Part shown: one piece after another, positions 26,471 through 40,110 of the stretch
Numbering within the stretch: position 1 is the first letter of the stretch
Layout: each line of letters opens with the position of its first letter
NCBI RefSeq assembly: GCF_011386835.1
Contig: NC_088793.1
Location: 103,540,001-103,604,000, forward strand
From: Chrysemys picta bellii
Lineage: Eukaryota
Direction: 5' to 3'
DNA length: 64,000 nt
The notes under the pieces: model-generated
What the model was told of the DNA's origin: nothing
What the model saw: the letters and a program-made list of their open reading frames with translations, nothing else
Databases searched by the model: none
Translations under genes and position numbers: made by a program

Positions 26471-27809
26471 CATTTTTTCTAGTTTGACTCTATATTAGCC
26501 CATAACAAGTAAAGAATCCTGAGAACCTCTGGGTTCTGCTAAGTCAATAAGCCAACACAAAAGGGAAGAGCCTTTTGTAAAACACCTGGGTCTGACAGGC
26601 CATGGGAGAGGAGTGGGTGTCAATCTCTGAGCTAAATAGAGAGAAATATCTAGCTGCAATAGAGTATTACTCAGGATACTTAGATACTGCATGCTTGCTA
26701 GATAGAATGAGACTGAGTGTTATTGGAAAGGTTAAGAGTATGTTTGCTTACTGGGGAATTCCAGAGGAACTATTACAAAAAATGGGCCACTATTTATAGG
26801 GCAAGATTTCAAAGCTTTCATGGCAAGATATAATTTCCAGCACATTACCACCAGCCCTTAATATCCCCAAGCAAATGAAGGGGCTGAAAGAGATGCGCAG
26901 ACAACTATAAAAATCATATGGCAAGATTATTGCTGTTTTGCACCGTTAACTTACAGATCAATTCCCCTACTCAAGTAAGTCAGAGATGTTTGGTAAACAA
27001 ACACAGCTATGGTTCCCACATTATAGAAGAGTTTGCACTCTATATGGCCAATGTTCAAACAAATTCAATGCATAGATAAGAAAGATGAGGGAGATAAAAG
27101 CAATGTTATGACTAGTGTAATTGCCTGAGAACCTTCCCAGAGTTTAGATGGGGAGCAAAGATGAGCAGTATTTTCAGTAGTCAAAGAAAAAAGCATCTCA
27201 CCAAGATCACATGTAATAGAAACACAAAGCAAGAGTGTGTTCTCTTAAGAAAATGATGACATTATTGCCAGGAATGCCTCACATTAATCTTAAACTGAAA
27301 CAGTGACTTAGCCAGCTGTCAGCGCCAAGCATATTCTGAGATTCCATGGTCACGGAATTTGCCAGGGGATCCAACTCTCATGGAAGAACTGTACTACAAA
27401 ATCCAAGTTTCAATTAAAAAAAAATGTTTCTATACCTTATGGTTCAGGAAAAGAAAAAACAAGAACAAATAATCAAAAAACCCGCTTGAAAACATGAACC
27501 AAATGTACACTGAGGCAGTATGTATCCTTCCTGAGTCTGTAGCAGTCTGAAGTAATAGCTCTGAGACCCACCCCATTCATTTTACTTGGTTAAGTCTGAA
27601 ACCTAAAGATGATAATTTAAATGGCGACAAAGTCAACTATTTCACAGCTGATCATTTTAGCAAAAACAGCCAGCTAATGTGCTTATCTGACAATCCCAGA
27701 CTGCCTCCCAAACCTCTCTAGGTGCCAAAAGCTCCAAATGCCTCATATTCAACTGCCAAAACATCCAGCTTCATTCCTGACAACTTCTAGAATACAATGG
27801 CTCCAGAGT

Positions 27810-28125
27810 AGCAAGATGACCTTGTAGTTAAGACACTAAACTGGAACTCAGGAGATCTTAGGTCAGTTCCAGGTTCTTCATCTTTTGTGACCTTGGGCTT
27901 CCTGTATGAATTTAAGTAAGTTGAAAGGGACTCGGTGGCTCATATATACCCATTGGTAAAATGGGAATGATAATAATAATACTTTTCACCCAACTTTTGT
28001 CTGGCTTGTTTATTTACACTGTAAGCTCTTTGAGGCAGGCTCTGTCTCTTATTACATGTTTGTACAGTGCCTAGCACAGTGGGGCCCTGATCTTGGTTGT
28101 GGCCTCTAAATGCTACTGTAAAAAG
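27810..28125 (+). mobile_element. CORE-SINE with L2-like tail
   Basis: tRNA-like head remnant (gttaagacactaaactggaactcaggagat), gtgaccttggg, and tgtaagctctttgaggcagg...tgcctagcacag tail. Confidence 0.65.
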
Positions 28126-31100
28126 TAATTCCTATAAGTGGTCAATACAAGTCTCTGGAATATCAACAATTTAAAATGTGGAATCAATATAAAATATTGA
28201 ATTTAATATCAGAATAGATAACACGAGGGCTATTATACTGATTACATTGTTCAATTTCATATTTAATTGATTAAAAGCCTACCATTTCAAATTTAAATAA
28301 AGCTGTCACAAAATTTCCAGTCTGCCACACCAAAGAGCCACTGAGGACCTTCCATGTAATTTAAGTCCTCTTGCAATGAAGTACGTGAGGCCTAGACCCA
28401 CCTACCAGTATAAATCTGGGAAGAAGGGAAAGAACACAAAAAGAGAATAACATTGATGGCAACAATTCCAGACAGTAGACATTGGGGGACCTTCCCAATC
28501 AGAAACATCAACGTAAAATGTTTTATTTAAAGAAAAAATAGTCACCGCAGGAGTTCAGTCCAAAAAACAATTTTCAAAAGCACAACTGTCTTCTTTATGA
28601 AAAGCATGTTGCTTCTATTTGCCGTCCATTTTCATCCACTGACCTAGAAGTGTGAGGCTCCATATCACATTTCCATTCTCTGAGTCATCTCCAAGGTCCT
28701 GTGCTGTGTGCTTTTAACTGTAATTTTGATTTTCTGTGTAATCATAATATCCATTGCAGGACTGTTTCTGTTATTGTTCAATGTAAATGGGATAATAAAC
28801 CCAAAGAGATGACATTTGTTTTGCAATTTTGTTCATGCACACTTAAAAAGTTCATTCCAGCTCTACAGATATTACCATCCTAGTTGTATTCTACTTGAAT
28901 ATCTCTAAAACCAGAATGAACATTTTAAGTGCAACCACCATAGTATTCCATAGAACTCTGTAAAAAGAAGCAATACACTAGGACATTATATACTCTTGAA
29001 ATTGACCAAAGAATGAACTGCACATAATAATGTAAGCTCACTATTGGCTTATTAATTAACCCTATGATAAATATTTTATTGGAGACTGGGCTAAATTCTG
29101 CTTACTTTACTTATGCAAGTATTCCAACTGAAGACCACTACTTAGACTTAGTTATGTGAACATGATTTGACGGCTGATCATAAAAAGACTTTGTAATTAT
29201 GAAGTATAATTATGCCTTTGGACTATTTGAGAGGAATATAGATATGTAATTAGATTACTATGCAAATCTTTTCTTTGTGAACAGATACTATATATTTTCC
29301 ATTTATTCCTCTTTGATAAAGTCAGTTTTTCCACTGATAATGTAGTAGAGTAGCTAGTCAACGTAGGAAGAAAAGGAGGAAGTATCTGACTTCAGCCTAC
29401 AAAAAGTTACTTTGAATGAGCGGTTATGATCCAAAAAGGGTTATTTTGTTGCATTTCATTCTTTTCCATCAATGATTGCCAAATCAAATTCAAAACACCT
29501 GCCTGTACTACAAGCTCACCCTGCTACAGAATTTAAAAATATAGCTGTGCTCTGCCAGTTTCTGCATCACCACCAGAAATAACGATTCAGGAATCAGAAC
29601 CTTTCTGGTCACTCAGTTGATCATGCAATAGGCAGAATTAAAAGCAGTTCCAGCTCCCTTTTCACAGCTATATTGGCTGTGCAGTTCTGACGGTATTAGA
29701 ACTTGTTTTTGTCAATATACTATCCAGATATGACTCAGAAGACATATGGAGAGTAGATATCTACAGTACCATGATGCCATTTTTAAAGAGTCACTTTTCT
29801 GTTCATAACCACACTTAAGAAAAAAAAACACAAAAAAACTGCTAAACTGCTGCAAACTGTCATTAACGCATCTTCTCTTGGCTGTTTGCAACCACCTCCT
29901 GTCCTGTAACCTAGTTTTTTTTTTTTTTTAGTTTTTTTTTTACTGATCAGTTTACTTTATTACTATGAAAAACTTTTGTCTGGAAAAACTTTTACATTAG
30001 TAAGACTTACCACTGAGCACGGTTTATTTTATAAAAAGTAAATCTGAAATCAAAAGCTATAAAACAATAAAATTAGGAGCAAAATACAGCAGTTTGGCAT
30101 GTGACCCAAACACATCATTTATCATGTAAAAAGCTAGGTAAGGTTTCAGTGTTTTATGGAGAGGTTATGTTGTATTAAAATATATTTTAAAAATAATAAG
30201 TGTCCAATAAATAGTGTAATATATGCTTTCTACCTTTGGATGCATTTACTGTTGGGGAGCTGTGTATGTAACATTGCAATTTGCTGTGCATTATATTGCA
30301 AACTATCTGGTGGTTTAGAATCCATACTAGAAAGCAACAGTAGATGGCCTACTTCTCACAGAAAGTGAGATCTAGGGAAAGCCACCTTGTGCCATAGGGA
30401 GGGGAAGCACACACATAGCCTTCATTATTAATTGGCACCCATGAGAAAGAGCAAGCAGAAACAAGACTAGGAAAAGAAAGAGGCAACTTCTTCCCAGAAA
30501 CATAAGGAAAGCACAAAAACAAAAGTAATAAAACATTAAAGGGATACAAAAAAACAATGTGATCCAGAATGTGAAATCATTAATGATGAAATAATGAAAG
30601 CAGCAGAAACATGAACACAAAAGTTGAAGGTCTTTTCTTCAAGTGTGGAAAGAGATGCATGGAAAGGTTCTGAGGTACCTAAATAAGAAACACCTGGAAG
30701 TCTTCCTAAGTATCATTTTCTATATAACTAACTGTAAAGGGGCTGTTGGCCCCTTAGTGAAACTTGGTGTTTGGTTTCTTTGTTTGGCCCTCTTGCAATA
30801 CCAGGAGAAAGGGGAAGGGCTGAAAAGGAGTCAGGATCCTGAAAAGGAAAGGTCCCCAGGGCCCAGGTGGAGAGGCCAGTGCTCCAAGCCAGCTGGATTG
30901 ACAGGACAGGCAGGCCAATGTGGGAGTTGAAAGCCCAGGGCCCATCCCCCAGGTGAGCTGGGACTGCCAGGGCACAGCCGGGGAGAGTGCAACAGCCTCA
31001 TCAGCCAGAGCAGTGGCTCCGAGCAGCCGGAGCAGCAGCTGGAGACAGAGAGGCATTGGAGTGATAGTGGTGGGTGAATCTCCTCTCACAGCTGGGTTGT

Positions 31101-32900
31101 ATGCACTGGTCTAGGGAGAGAGGAAGAGATGGGCCTCTTTCCCAAAGTCTTTCAAGAGGGCTTTAAGTGCTAGACCCAGAAGGGGATGTGGCCTGACAGG
31201 AATGCCAGAACTGAAGGTGGAGAACAAGATCTGTCACATAGAGCCCAAACCCATCCTGGCAAATGCCACTGCCACAGCAGCACATCCAGCTCCAGGAAGA
31301 AGACACTGGACTTGTAAATTTGTTGTAACTGTAAATTTTTTTGCATGTTAGAGACTGCTGCCTTAAATCTTATCCAAGCCATGTCCTCACAGTGCTTATG
31401 CTGTAAGTGCTCTTTAATCCCCAAAGAAATAAATTGTATATATGTTTAAGTGAATTGCTGTGATTACAAGTTAAAAGGGTAACACGTGAGTTGTGCGTAT
31501 CCTGGAATAGGGACACTCGTCTCTGCCCAGAGTTGCCCATGGAGAAACAGAGGTAAACATCCAGGAATGCCTGAACTCCAGGAGAAAATGAGCAAGGTGG
31601 AGTGATAGGACCCACGACAAGTTCCAGATGGGGATCGGTTCTCATCTGGAAGAAGCAGTTGTGATTGGGCTCAGAGATGATTCCTTCCAGTGTGAAATGA
31701 AGAGGAAAGCTAAGAAGGAGCCAGATGAGAAATTCCACAATTTAATGTAAGCTGCCATTATGTGGTCTGAGGAAGAGGAGATCCTTGTGAAGGATGATGC
31801 TGGGCCCAACCCCCATACAAGGAGTGGAGGGGTAGTGAATCAGCTGCCATGGACAGAGCTTCTTCGCAGACACAATTAATGTAAGAAAATTTACATGAGG
31901 CTATCCAGGAACTAATTATACAGCAGGGAGAAGGTGTATACTGAAGGTGGTGATAAAGGAGAAAACATCAAAAAGTATACTGAAGTACCAGAAGTCATCT
32001 GGATTCAAACAATCCCTTCTGAAGCACGGTTAGGGATGGTACATTTGCTACATGTGTGAGAAGCTTGGGCATATTAGTAGAGAATGTCCCTCAAGAAGGA
32101 AATCAAAGTCTCAGGTGCCCAAGGACAGTGAGACATTGAGAACAAGCAGCCCATCTACATTAGAAGGCCAAGCAAGGACGTAAGGATGCCTAGGCCGGTC
32201 ATTGGTGGAAAATCAACCTGCAAACAGTATTGAAAGGAACTCGGACAGCACTAGTGTATCTAGCAACATCTGTGAGCGAGCTTTGGAGACTGCTTAACTG
32301 CTGAAGTATCTATAGCAGGGGTGAAGACCAGCTGTTTGTTAGATACGGGCTCAGAAGTCACCACCATTACTGAGTCACATTTTCAAAAATATTTCAAGGA
32401 TAAGGAGCTGACTATGCACAACACATGGTTTGTGCAGCTAATGGATTGGCAATCCCCATCGTGGGATACCTCAAAGCAGATGTAGAGTACATGGGTCAGA
32501 CACTGCCAGGAAAATGAAAATTCATGCTGAAAGGAAGTCCTATAGAAGATGGAGTCCCAGCGATTCTATGGATGAACATCAATAGTGAGCTGAAGGAGCT
32601 ACTGTTGCCCGAGAAGAAACCAAGAGGATGAACCGGCATGGGCAGTCTGAGCAGAATGCTGTGCTGAATAGAGTCCTGGCTCAAGTGGAGAGACAGAGCC
32701 AATCCCTGAGTCCCGCTGGGCAAACTGGATATGTTAAAGAAGAAAAGAAAGTGGTCATTCCTCCGTGGAGTGAGAAGATCAGTGATGCATACTGCTGGGT
32801 ACCAGGAAATATCGACGGACATCAAGTGCTTGTTTAGCCTACGTCTGGGGCAAGCCTACCCAATGAGTTCCTGTTAGCCAATATACTGGCTAATGCCATC

Positions 32901-33813
32901 TGTAGTGGGGTGGATTGGCCGCCCACAGACCCAGAGTGGGAGGAGCCCCTCATTGAACCCTGGTGGGTGAAGCCAGGCCATGCTCAACCCTCCCACCGGA
33001 AGTCAATGGCCGGGACCGGAAGTACAAAAGGCATGCCTGAGAACTCAGTTGGGAGGCAGCCGTCTATGAACTCCCGAGCTGGGAGGCCACTGCAGACCCC
33101 GAGGGAACTGAGGACTGGCCAGGACCACCAGGGCCATTTATAGACCCGAGCATGGAGGAGCTGCAAGCCCTGACAGAGGCCTTCTTCCCTGACAACCAGG
33201 ATGACCCTCTACAGAGCCAGGTGCACCCTGAGGGGGAGTTAGGAAGTGGCCCAGGGGTAGCTGGGTAGCCTGTCTGGCTGCAACGCTGACAGCAAGCGAG
33301 TCAGCGTGTTGTGGTCAGGATCCCCACTGAGCTAGTGGCAGACTGCTCTGCCACTGCTAGGGCCCTGGGCTGGGATGCAGTGGAGTGGGTGGGCCTGCGT
33401 CCCCTCCTGCCACCCCAATCCGTGGGTGGCATCTCCCACTCTCTTAGGGAAGAAGCCTGTGCTTGTCAGCCCTCTTCCAGATCTAGGAGGCCCAACTACT
33501 GCTCAGCCTGAGTGCAGGCCTGAGCCCCTTAGACTCTCTACTGCCGCACCCTGATCAAGGGCCTGGGCTAACTGACCAGCTGCTGCCCAGCCTGCGTACA
33601 GGCCTGAGCCCTAGACTCTTTGCTGCACTGCACCCCAGGGGCTGGGGCTCCGTAACTGTATTTGTTGTTCAGCCCTGACTATAGGCCCGAGCTCATGTCT
33701 CCTATTGCCTCGCTGATTCCTCACGTCAGGCGACCCCTGGAGACATAGTGGGGCAGATTGGCCACCCACAGACCCGGAGGGGGAAGAGCCACTCCCCCCC
33801 CCAAAGGAGTGCA
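32901..33813 (+). mobile_element. Solo-LTR-like insertion in Gypsy pol
   Basis: TG...CA ends; 5-bp TSD CCATC; removing it restores host frame LLANILANAI|KGRVPVRLLN. Confidence 0.8.
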
Positions 33814-36800
33814 CCATCAAAGGAAGAGTACCAGTGAGACTCCTAAACTCAAGTGTTAAGGCTGTGGAGTTACATCTTCAAACCAGAGTTACAGAGGTAC
33901 ACCGGCCTGAGGAAGTGGTCCCTCAGGTGGAGGTTACCTTTGAAGAGAATGGAGATGAGCTGTGGGTGACAAGGTGGGAGAAGGGAGAACAAGTCACCTC
34001 TTCTCAAGAAAGACATGGCGGGAAAACTTCCACTTCAAGTGGCACTCCAAGGGCTGACCCCTGCACAGGTGGCCAACTTAAAGGCACTGCTAGATAAGAC
34101 TTCTTGATGCTTCTCTAAGGATGAGTGAGACTTTGATTATACCACCACAGTGATGCATTGTATAGCCACTAGAGATGCCACCCCAATGAAGAAGAGTCAT
34201 CGGAGAATTTTGCCACAAGCGTTTCAAGAGGTTAAAAAACTTGTCCAGGATCTGGTATCGCAAGGTGTTCTTAAGGAAAGCCACAGTCCCAATGCCTGCA
34301 GTAATCGTGATCTAAAAGGATGGCGGAGTGCTGTGATTTCAGGAAACTGAATGAAGTGACTTGCACAGACACCTACCCACTGCCCCAGGTGGAAGAACTA
34401 TTCGATGCATTGGGAAATGTGAGTGTGTTCTCAATCCTCAATATTACTTTGGGCCATTTCCAAGAAGCAGTGGAGAAACAAGACAGGGAAAAAAATGCAG
34501 TGATGATTTCTTTAGGACTGTCTGAATGGACACACATGCCATTTCGGTTGTGCCATGTGTCCACTATGTTTCAGAGGCTAATGGAGAGAGTGCTGGGAGA
34601 CTACATTCTGGACATCTTGTTGATATATCTAGATGATATTATTGTGTCTCCAGAGACTTCGAACGTCATATGAAAAAGCTGGATTTGGTCTTCACATGTT
34701 TGAAGGAGCATGGCTTGAAACTGAAACCTAGTAAGTGTTGCTTCCTACAAACTGCAGTCAAATTCTTGGCCCATGGGATCTCAAGAGAGGGCAGTCAGGT
34801 AGACAAAGAGAAGATCAAGGCATTGAAAAACTGACCTATCCCTAAGAATGCCAGACAAGTGAGACAGGCATTGGGCTTCATGAGTAATAAATTACAGGCG
34901 ATTTTCCCCAAAATCCTCACACAATGCTGCACCTTTACATTGGCTAGTGGGCCAATAAGACCAAAAGAAGGGGAAACGCCAAGCTCTACAGTTTGTGGGA
35001 TGACACATCAAGAAGGCATCAATGAGCTCAGAAGACAGTTAATGACACCACCTTTACTCGCAAAACCTGATTTCAGTTTGCCTTTCATAGTGACCACAGA
35101 TGGGAGCCTTCACAGCCTGGGCATGGTACTCAGTCAAAAGCAAAGGGGACCTGAAAGTGTGGTTGTGTATGCAAGCCACGGGTTAAGGTGTTCAGAGAAA
35201 AACTACAAGAACTACAGTGCCTTTCAGCTGGAGCCGCTTGCCCTTAAGTGCATCATCACAGAAAAATGTAAGGATTATTTAATCTATTCAAAGTTCATGG
35301 TGGTTTCAGACCACAATCCTTTCTGATACCTGGCAACCACCAATGTAGGTGCAGTTAAGCATATATGGGTGGCCCAGCTCTCACAATTTGCTTTTGAAGT
35401 GCATTGCAAGCTGGGAAGACAAAACATCAATGCTGACACACTGTCTCAACTGCTCCTAATGGAGGAACAGGAGGAGAGAAATTTCCTAGTAATCCCTGAA
35501 AATGTCATGCAGGCCTGCCTGTGGCTGGAGCAGCCTAAACCTGAGTGTGATAGAGACGTAAGGAATTCTCCCCAGAATGCAGTGTGGGGCAGGGGAGATC
35601 CTGTGTCTTCCAGGAATGGCGCAATGGTTTCAGGGTAATCCTGGGAAGAAATCTGGGATCCTGCAGCAGCGGGGTGACATTGGATCAGTCCTAGCAGCAG
35701 TCATAAAGCAAACAAGGCCTATTTGGACATTTGGAACCAAGCACCCACAATCCAAGAAATTAATCCTGCAGTGGGAATATTTGAAATTTCACCATGGAGT
35801 GCTATTCTAACTGATATAAGATCCAAGAGATGGAGAAGAGGTGTGGCAACTGGTTGTGCCAGTATTACTTTTCAAGAAAGTTTATGAGGCTACACATGAC
35901 GACAAAGAGCGCTTTGGAGATATGATGAGACGATGATGAGAAATTACTACTGGCCTATGGTGGTTAGTGATGTCCAGTTCTGGGTTAAGCAATGCATGAA
36001 ATGTTCCCTAGCTAAGGACATATTTCCTCATACTAGCACTCTTTTAACTTGCACCAGCGTTACAGACCCAAAGGAAGTCTTAGGAATGGATTGCACCCAG
36101 CTGAAAAGGTCTTCAGATGCATATGAAAATGTATTCATCCTCATTGACATGTCTATCCATTACCATTGCTGTTCTAACCAGAAATCAGAGAGGACAATTT
36201 CCCAGACCCTCATAAAGCACTGGCTCATATATTATACTTGTCCACCACCACTGCATTTGGACCAGGGAAGGAATTTTGAGTCAGAGGTTATCACCGAATT
36301 GTGTAAGCAGTATGACATAGCTAAGAGCCGGACAATGCCCTACAAACTACCAGGAGACATTCAGTGTAAGAGATTTAACAGGACCATGCATCACGTGTTA
36401 AGGATACTTCCACCCAAAAAGACGCGAACCTGGAAGAAGCATCTCCCTGAGTTAAGTATTGGCTTACAGTTGTGATGTTCACTCTTCCACAGGTTACCCT
36501 CCTTTTTACCATATGTTTGGCAGAGATCCCAGGTTGCCACTGGACATCCTGACCAAAGAAGGTTCCAAGAAGGAAGATATAACCAACATTGATGACTGGA
36601 TCAAAGGTCACCATGAAAGACTGAAGGGGCTCTGTGAAGTTGCTCTCAGCAAAGCCCAAGATGTAGTACAAAGCAGAAAAAGGACTTATAATCATAAGTC
36701 AGTGCATGTTTTTTTGTTTTGTTTGTTTTTGTTGGCCCTCTTACAATCTCAGGAGAGAGAGGAGTCAGGGTCAGACTGATAGGTCCCCAGGGCCAGTGGG

Positions 36801-37007
36801 GAGAGGCAAGCACTCTAAGTCAGCCAGATTGACAGGACAGGCAAGCCAATGATGGAGTTGAGAATCCAAGGCCCATCCTCCACCCATACGAGCTGCAGCT
36901 GCCAGGGTACAGTGAGGCAAAGCAAGGGTGAATGCAGCAGACCAGAGCAGAGCCAGGAAGAGTGCAACAGCCCAAACAGCCAGAGTAACCAGAACAGTTG
37001 CCCAGAG

Positions 37008-37663
37008 CAGGGGCGCTGGAACAGGGAGGGCCAGGGCGCCATGGCCCTCCCACTTTTTGAAAGTGGATGGGCATGCCCCATCCACTTGTCCCCACCGGCC
37101 CTCCCACGCCCCTCCTATTCACCCCGAGGCCCCGCCCTGCCCTGCCCAGACAGTCAGCAAGCGCAGGACCCTCCACCTGCCCGGGCTGGGGAGGCAAAGA
37201 GCAGCCCCTGGCCCGTGTCCCCATCCCACAGGCCCCCTGCTCAGGGGGCTGCTCTTGCCCCCCCTCCAGGCAGGTGGAGGGTCTTGGCACTGCACGCAGC
37301 TCTTACCCCAACCCAACTGGCTGGGAGGCCACAGCCCAGCCATGGTAAGAGCTGCACAGGCAGCTGTGGAAAACCACGGACTCTCCTGCCCTGGGCGGGG
37401 AGCCAGTGCGGTGGGGACACGGGCAGGGGGCTGCTCTCAGCTTCCCCACCCCTGGCCAGGTGGAGGGTCCACATCTCCCAACCCCCTCTGGCTTTGGTGG
37501 TGCCTCCAGCAGAAGAGGAGGGGCAGTGTGGGGCCTTGGGCAGAAGGGGCAGGTGTGGGGCCTCAGGCAGAAGGGGTGGGGGGCAGGACCTCAGATGGAA
37601 GAGGAGGGGTGGGACCTCTAGCAGAAGGGTGGGATGGGGCCTTGGAAGGCTCCACTGCCCCAG
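37008..37663. mobile_element. GC-rich hAT-like MITE in the 3' LTR, with internal ~23-bp tandem repeats (37525-37645)
   Basis: CAGGGGCGCTGGAAC / GCTCCACTGCCCCAG termini; flanking CCCAGAG duplication (7 bp visible). Confidence 0.75.
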
Positions 37664-39889
37664 CCCAGAGTCAGAGTAGTAGTCTAGAACAAGCGAGCCA
37701 GAGCTGGAGAAGTATTGGAGCGATAGTGGTGGGATGAATCTCCTCCTCTCACAGCTGGTCTAGGAAGAGATGGGCCTCTTTCCCAAAGTCTGTCAAGAGG
37801 GCATTAAGTGCCAGACCCAGAGAGGGATGTGGCCTGACAGGAAGGCCAGAACCAAAGGTGGAAGAACAGGTTCTGACATATAGAGCCCAAACCCGTCCTG
37901 GCCAAATGCCCCCCTGCAGCATCACAGCAGCACATCCAGCTCCAGGGAGAAGACACCAAACTCATACATTTTATTGTAACTGTAAAGTTTTTTTGCACTT
38001 TAGAGACTGCTGCATTGAACCTTACCCAAGCCATAGCCTCACAGTGCTTATGCTGTGAAGTGCTCTTTAATCCCCAAAGAAATAGGTTTTAGTGTAACTA
38101 AATTCCTAACAAATGAGTTAGGAATATCCTGGAGTAGGGGCACCAATGGAGGGACTGAGGTAAAACACCCAGGAACTCTTGGGCTCAGTCTTCTCTGTGT
38201 GATGCGAGTCCTGTTCACATGGGGCTTGGAGGGAAAGTGAAGGTGGACAGGTTCCAGGGTGAAGTGAATCGGAGCGTGGACTCAGACCCCTTCATCACTC
38301 AGTTCAGCTGGGGTACTGTGAACATAGAGAAATTCCCCTACTATGGTGGGACAAATCCCCTGCTTACCTAACAATATCTCACTTAACACAGATGAAAGGG
38401 AAAGCACAGAAAATTTCCATTCTGCAATCTATTCTTAAAATTTGTTTTCATTTTGACAATATATGTGTGCAACTACATGACAAACAGGCCAAAAAGCTAC
38501 AAAAACCCTCCTCTGCTGCAAGAAAGTCTTCATATAATGGGCCTGATTCTCCTTTTACATATACCATTGCCTTCACTGGAGTTACTCCTGATTTACATAG
38601 GTTGCTAAGTCTTTTGAATGACTGACTTGACTTCCTCAATCAGACTGTGCTCTGAGCCAGCAAATTTTTGTCTTTTGTTTATCAACATTTACAAAAGAAC
38701 TGTAGAAATATTTATGTAGGTCCCCAAAGCACTTGCAACACAAAAAAACCCACATAGATGAATGCAGATGCAATGTAACATGTAATCTGAAAAGTTATTA
38801 CCAATAAATGCAATTTATTTTTACATACATGGTTTTAATGAGCATTTAGAAACTGAAAGAAAATGTGTTTGGTACTAATGCTTGGAATTAAAATGGTACC
38901 TGTTCTTAAGTTGTCTAAATAATTGTAGTCGCCTGTTTAATTTCTTTGTCTTACTCTATAATCCTGAGTAGGAATAGCATATTCTTTCAAAATTAAGGGC
39001 CTGATATATGTGTAGTTCCATTGACTTCAATGGAAGTATTCATGGGCATAAGGGATTCAGGAACAAGACATAATATTGTAGATACTCACAGCTCGATTGA
39101 ACATGTCATTTGATAAACGCTTGAATATCCATACACCGTGAGAACTGCAGATTGTAAAATGGAAGTGATGAATTTTCTCTTGGCCTAACAGGATGACTTT
39201 TCTTGCCATTCTTTTGGCACCATCTGCTGACATAATAAAAGGAGCAACATGTAGGGTCTGGTATCATAGAACTATAACAGGTAAGAAGAAGTTTGGCTCT
39301 CTATCCTACAATAAGCTCCCCAATAGTGGGATAAAAGTATAGGGAAGTAGAACAGTAAGGAGTGGGTTCATGTCCCTTTGAAAAATTCTACTCATGCACT
39401 TGTTCTGACATTTTCTTTTTTTTAAAAAACAAACAAATAAAATATCATTCCACTATTTTATAATAATAATAGTAATAATAATAATCTTGGAAAATATAGG
39501 TGCCTCTTGTACCTGGACTAAGTGTCTATGACTGTTTTACAAGGCTGGGTTAACTACAGGTCATTTGTAAAAAGAAACCTTTAGTAAAGGCGAGGATCAG
39601 TGATTAGGGACCATGGCTAGAGCCATTTGTCACTGTTTTACAGCTAGTAAAATTTCACACATTTTAAAGACAATAGGCCTGATTCTCCACCCCATCGAGT
39701 AAATGACTACATAAACTGCAAGGCAGTGAAATATTAGACCCCATAGGTCTCTCACTTGCACTGGTGTAAATCATGAGTGGCTCCATTTAAGTTACCAAAG
39801 TCAATGCAGATTCAGATTTTAAAGCCAGAAGGGACCATTGTGATCAGGTGGTCTGACCTGTATAACACAGGCCTTAGAATCTAATATTG

Positions 39890-40110
39890 AGTTCTTCCTT
39901 AGCGATTTTCATCAATAGATCTCAAACTATTTTACAAAGGAAAGTGACATTCATTATCACCTATTATGAATTATGAGACCAGGGTACAGAGATGGAAAGT
40001 GATGTGCCCAAAGTCACACAGCAGGTCAGTGGCAGAGTGGAAACAGAACCCAGGCCTCCTGAGTCCCATTCCAGTAAGCTGTCTACCAGACCACATGCCT
40101 CCCTAATTAC
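39890..40110 (-). mobile_element. CORE-SINE relic (adjacent to a small CR1 3' fragment at ~39805-39880)
   Basis: gtacagagatggaaagtgatgtgcccaaagtcacacagcaggtcagtggcagag. Confidence 0.6.

Larger units (their letters stand above)
14890..27400 (+). mobile_element. Ancient, heavily decayed Gypsy/Ty3 element (gag-PR-RT...INT), interrupted by younger insertions; boundaries approximate
   Basis: gag-like remnants either side of the 15125-22861 insertion (W..WKECF...MG.EAEHIF at ~14940-15045; RDRLVIGI at ~23001); protease KIDTGA at ~23412; integrase IEYYSGY...FAYWGIPEEL at 26657-26770. Confidence 0.65.
30733..38367 (+). mobile_element. Gypsy/Ty3 LTR retrotransposon (gag-PR-RT-RH-INT), decayed
   Basis: Termini TGTAAAGGGG...CCCCTGCTTAC; 5-bp TSD CTAAC (30728-32, 38368-72); diverged direct repeats ~30760-31580 and ~36700-38190; knuckle CYMCEKLGHISRECP ~32046; LLDTGS ~32337; RT YLDDII ~34626; RH DGSLHSLG ~35098; integrase 35933-36600. 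Confidence 0.88.

Noticed and set aside
37525-37645. Regularly spaced ~23-bp repeats resembling a CRISPR array
   Set aside because: Degenerate tandem minisatellite with no unique spacers, in a vertebrate MITE
36820-37737. Long overlapping ORFs (156-276 aa)
   Set aside because: Stop-poor by-products of a GC-rich MITE inside an LTR; low-complexity translations with no domain
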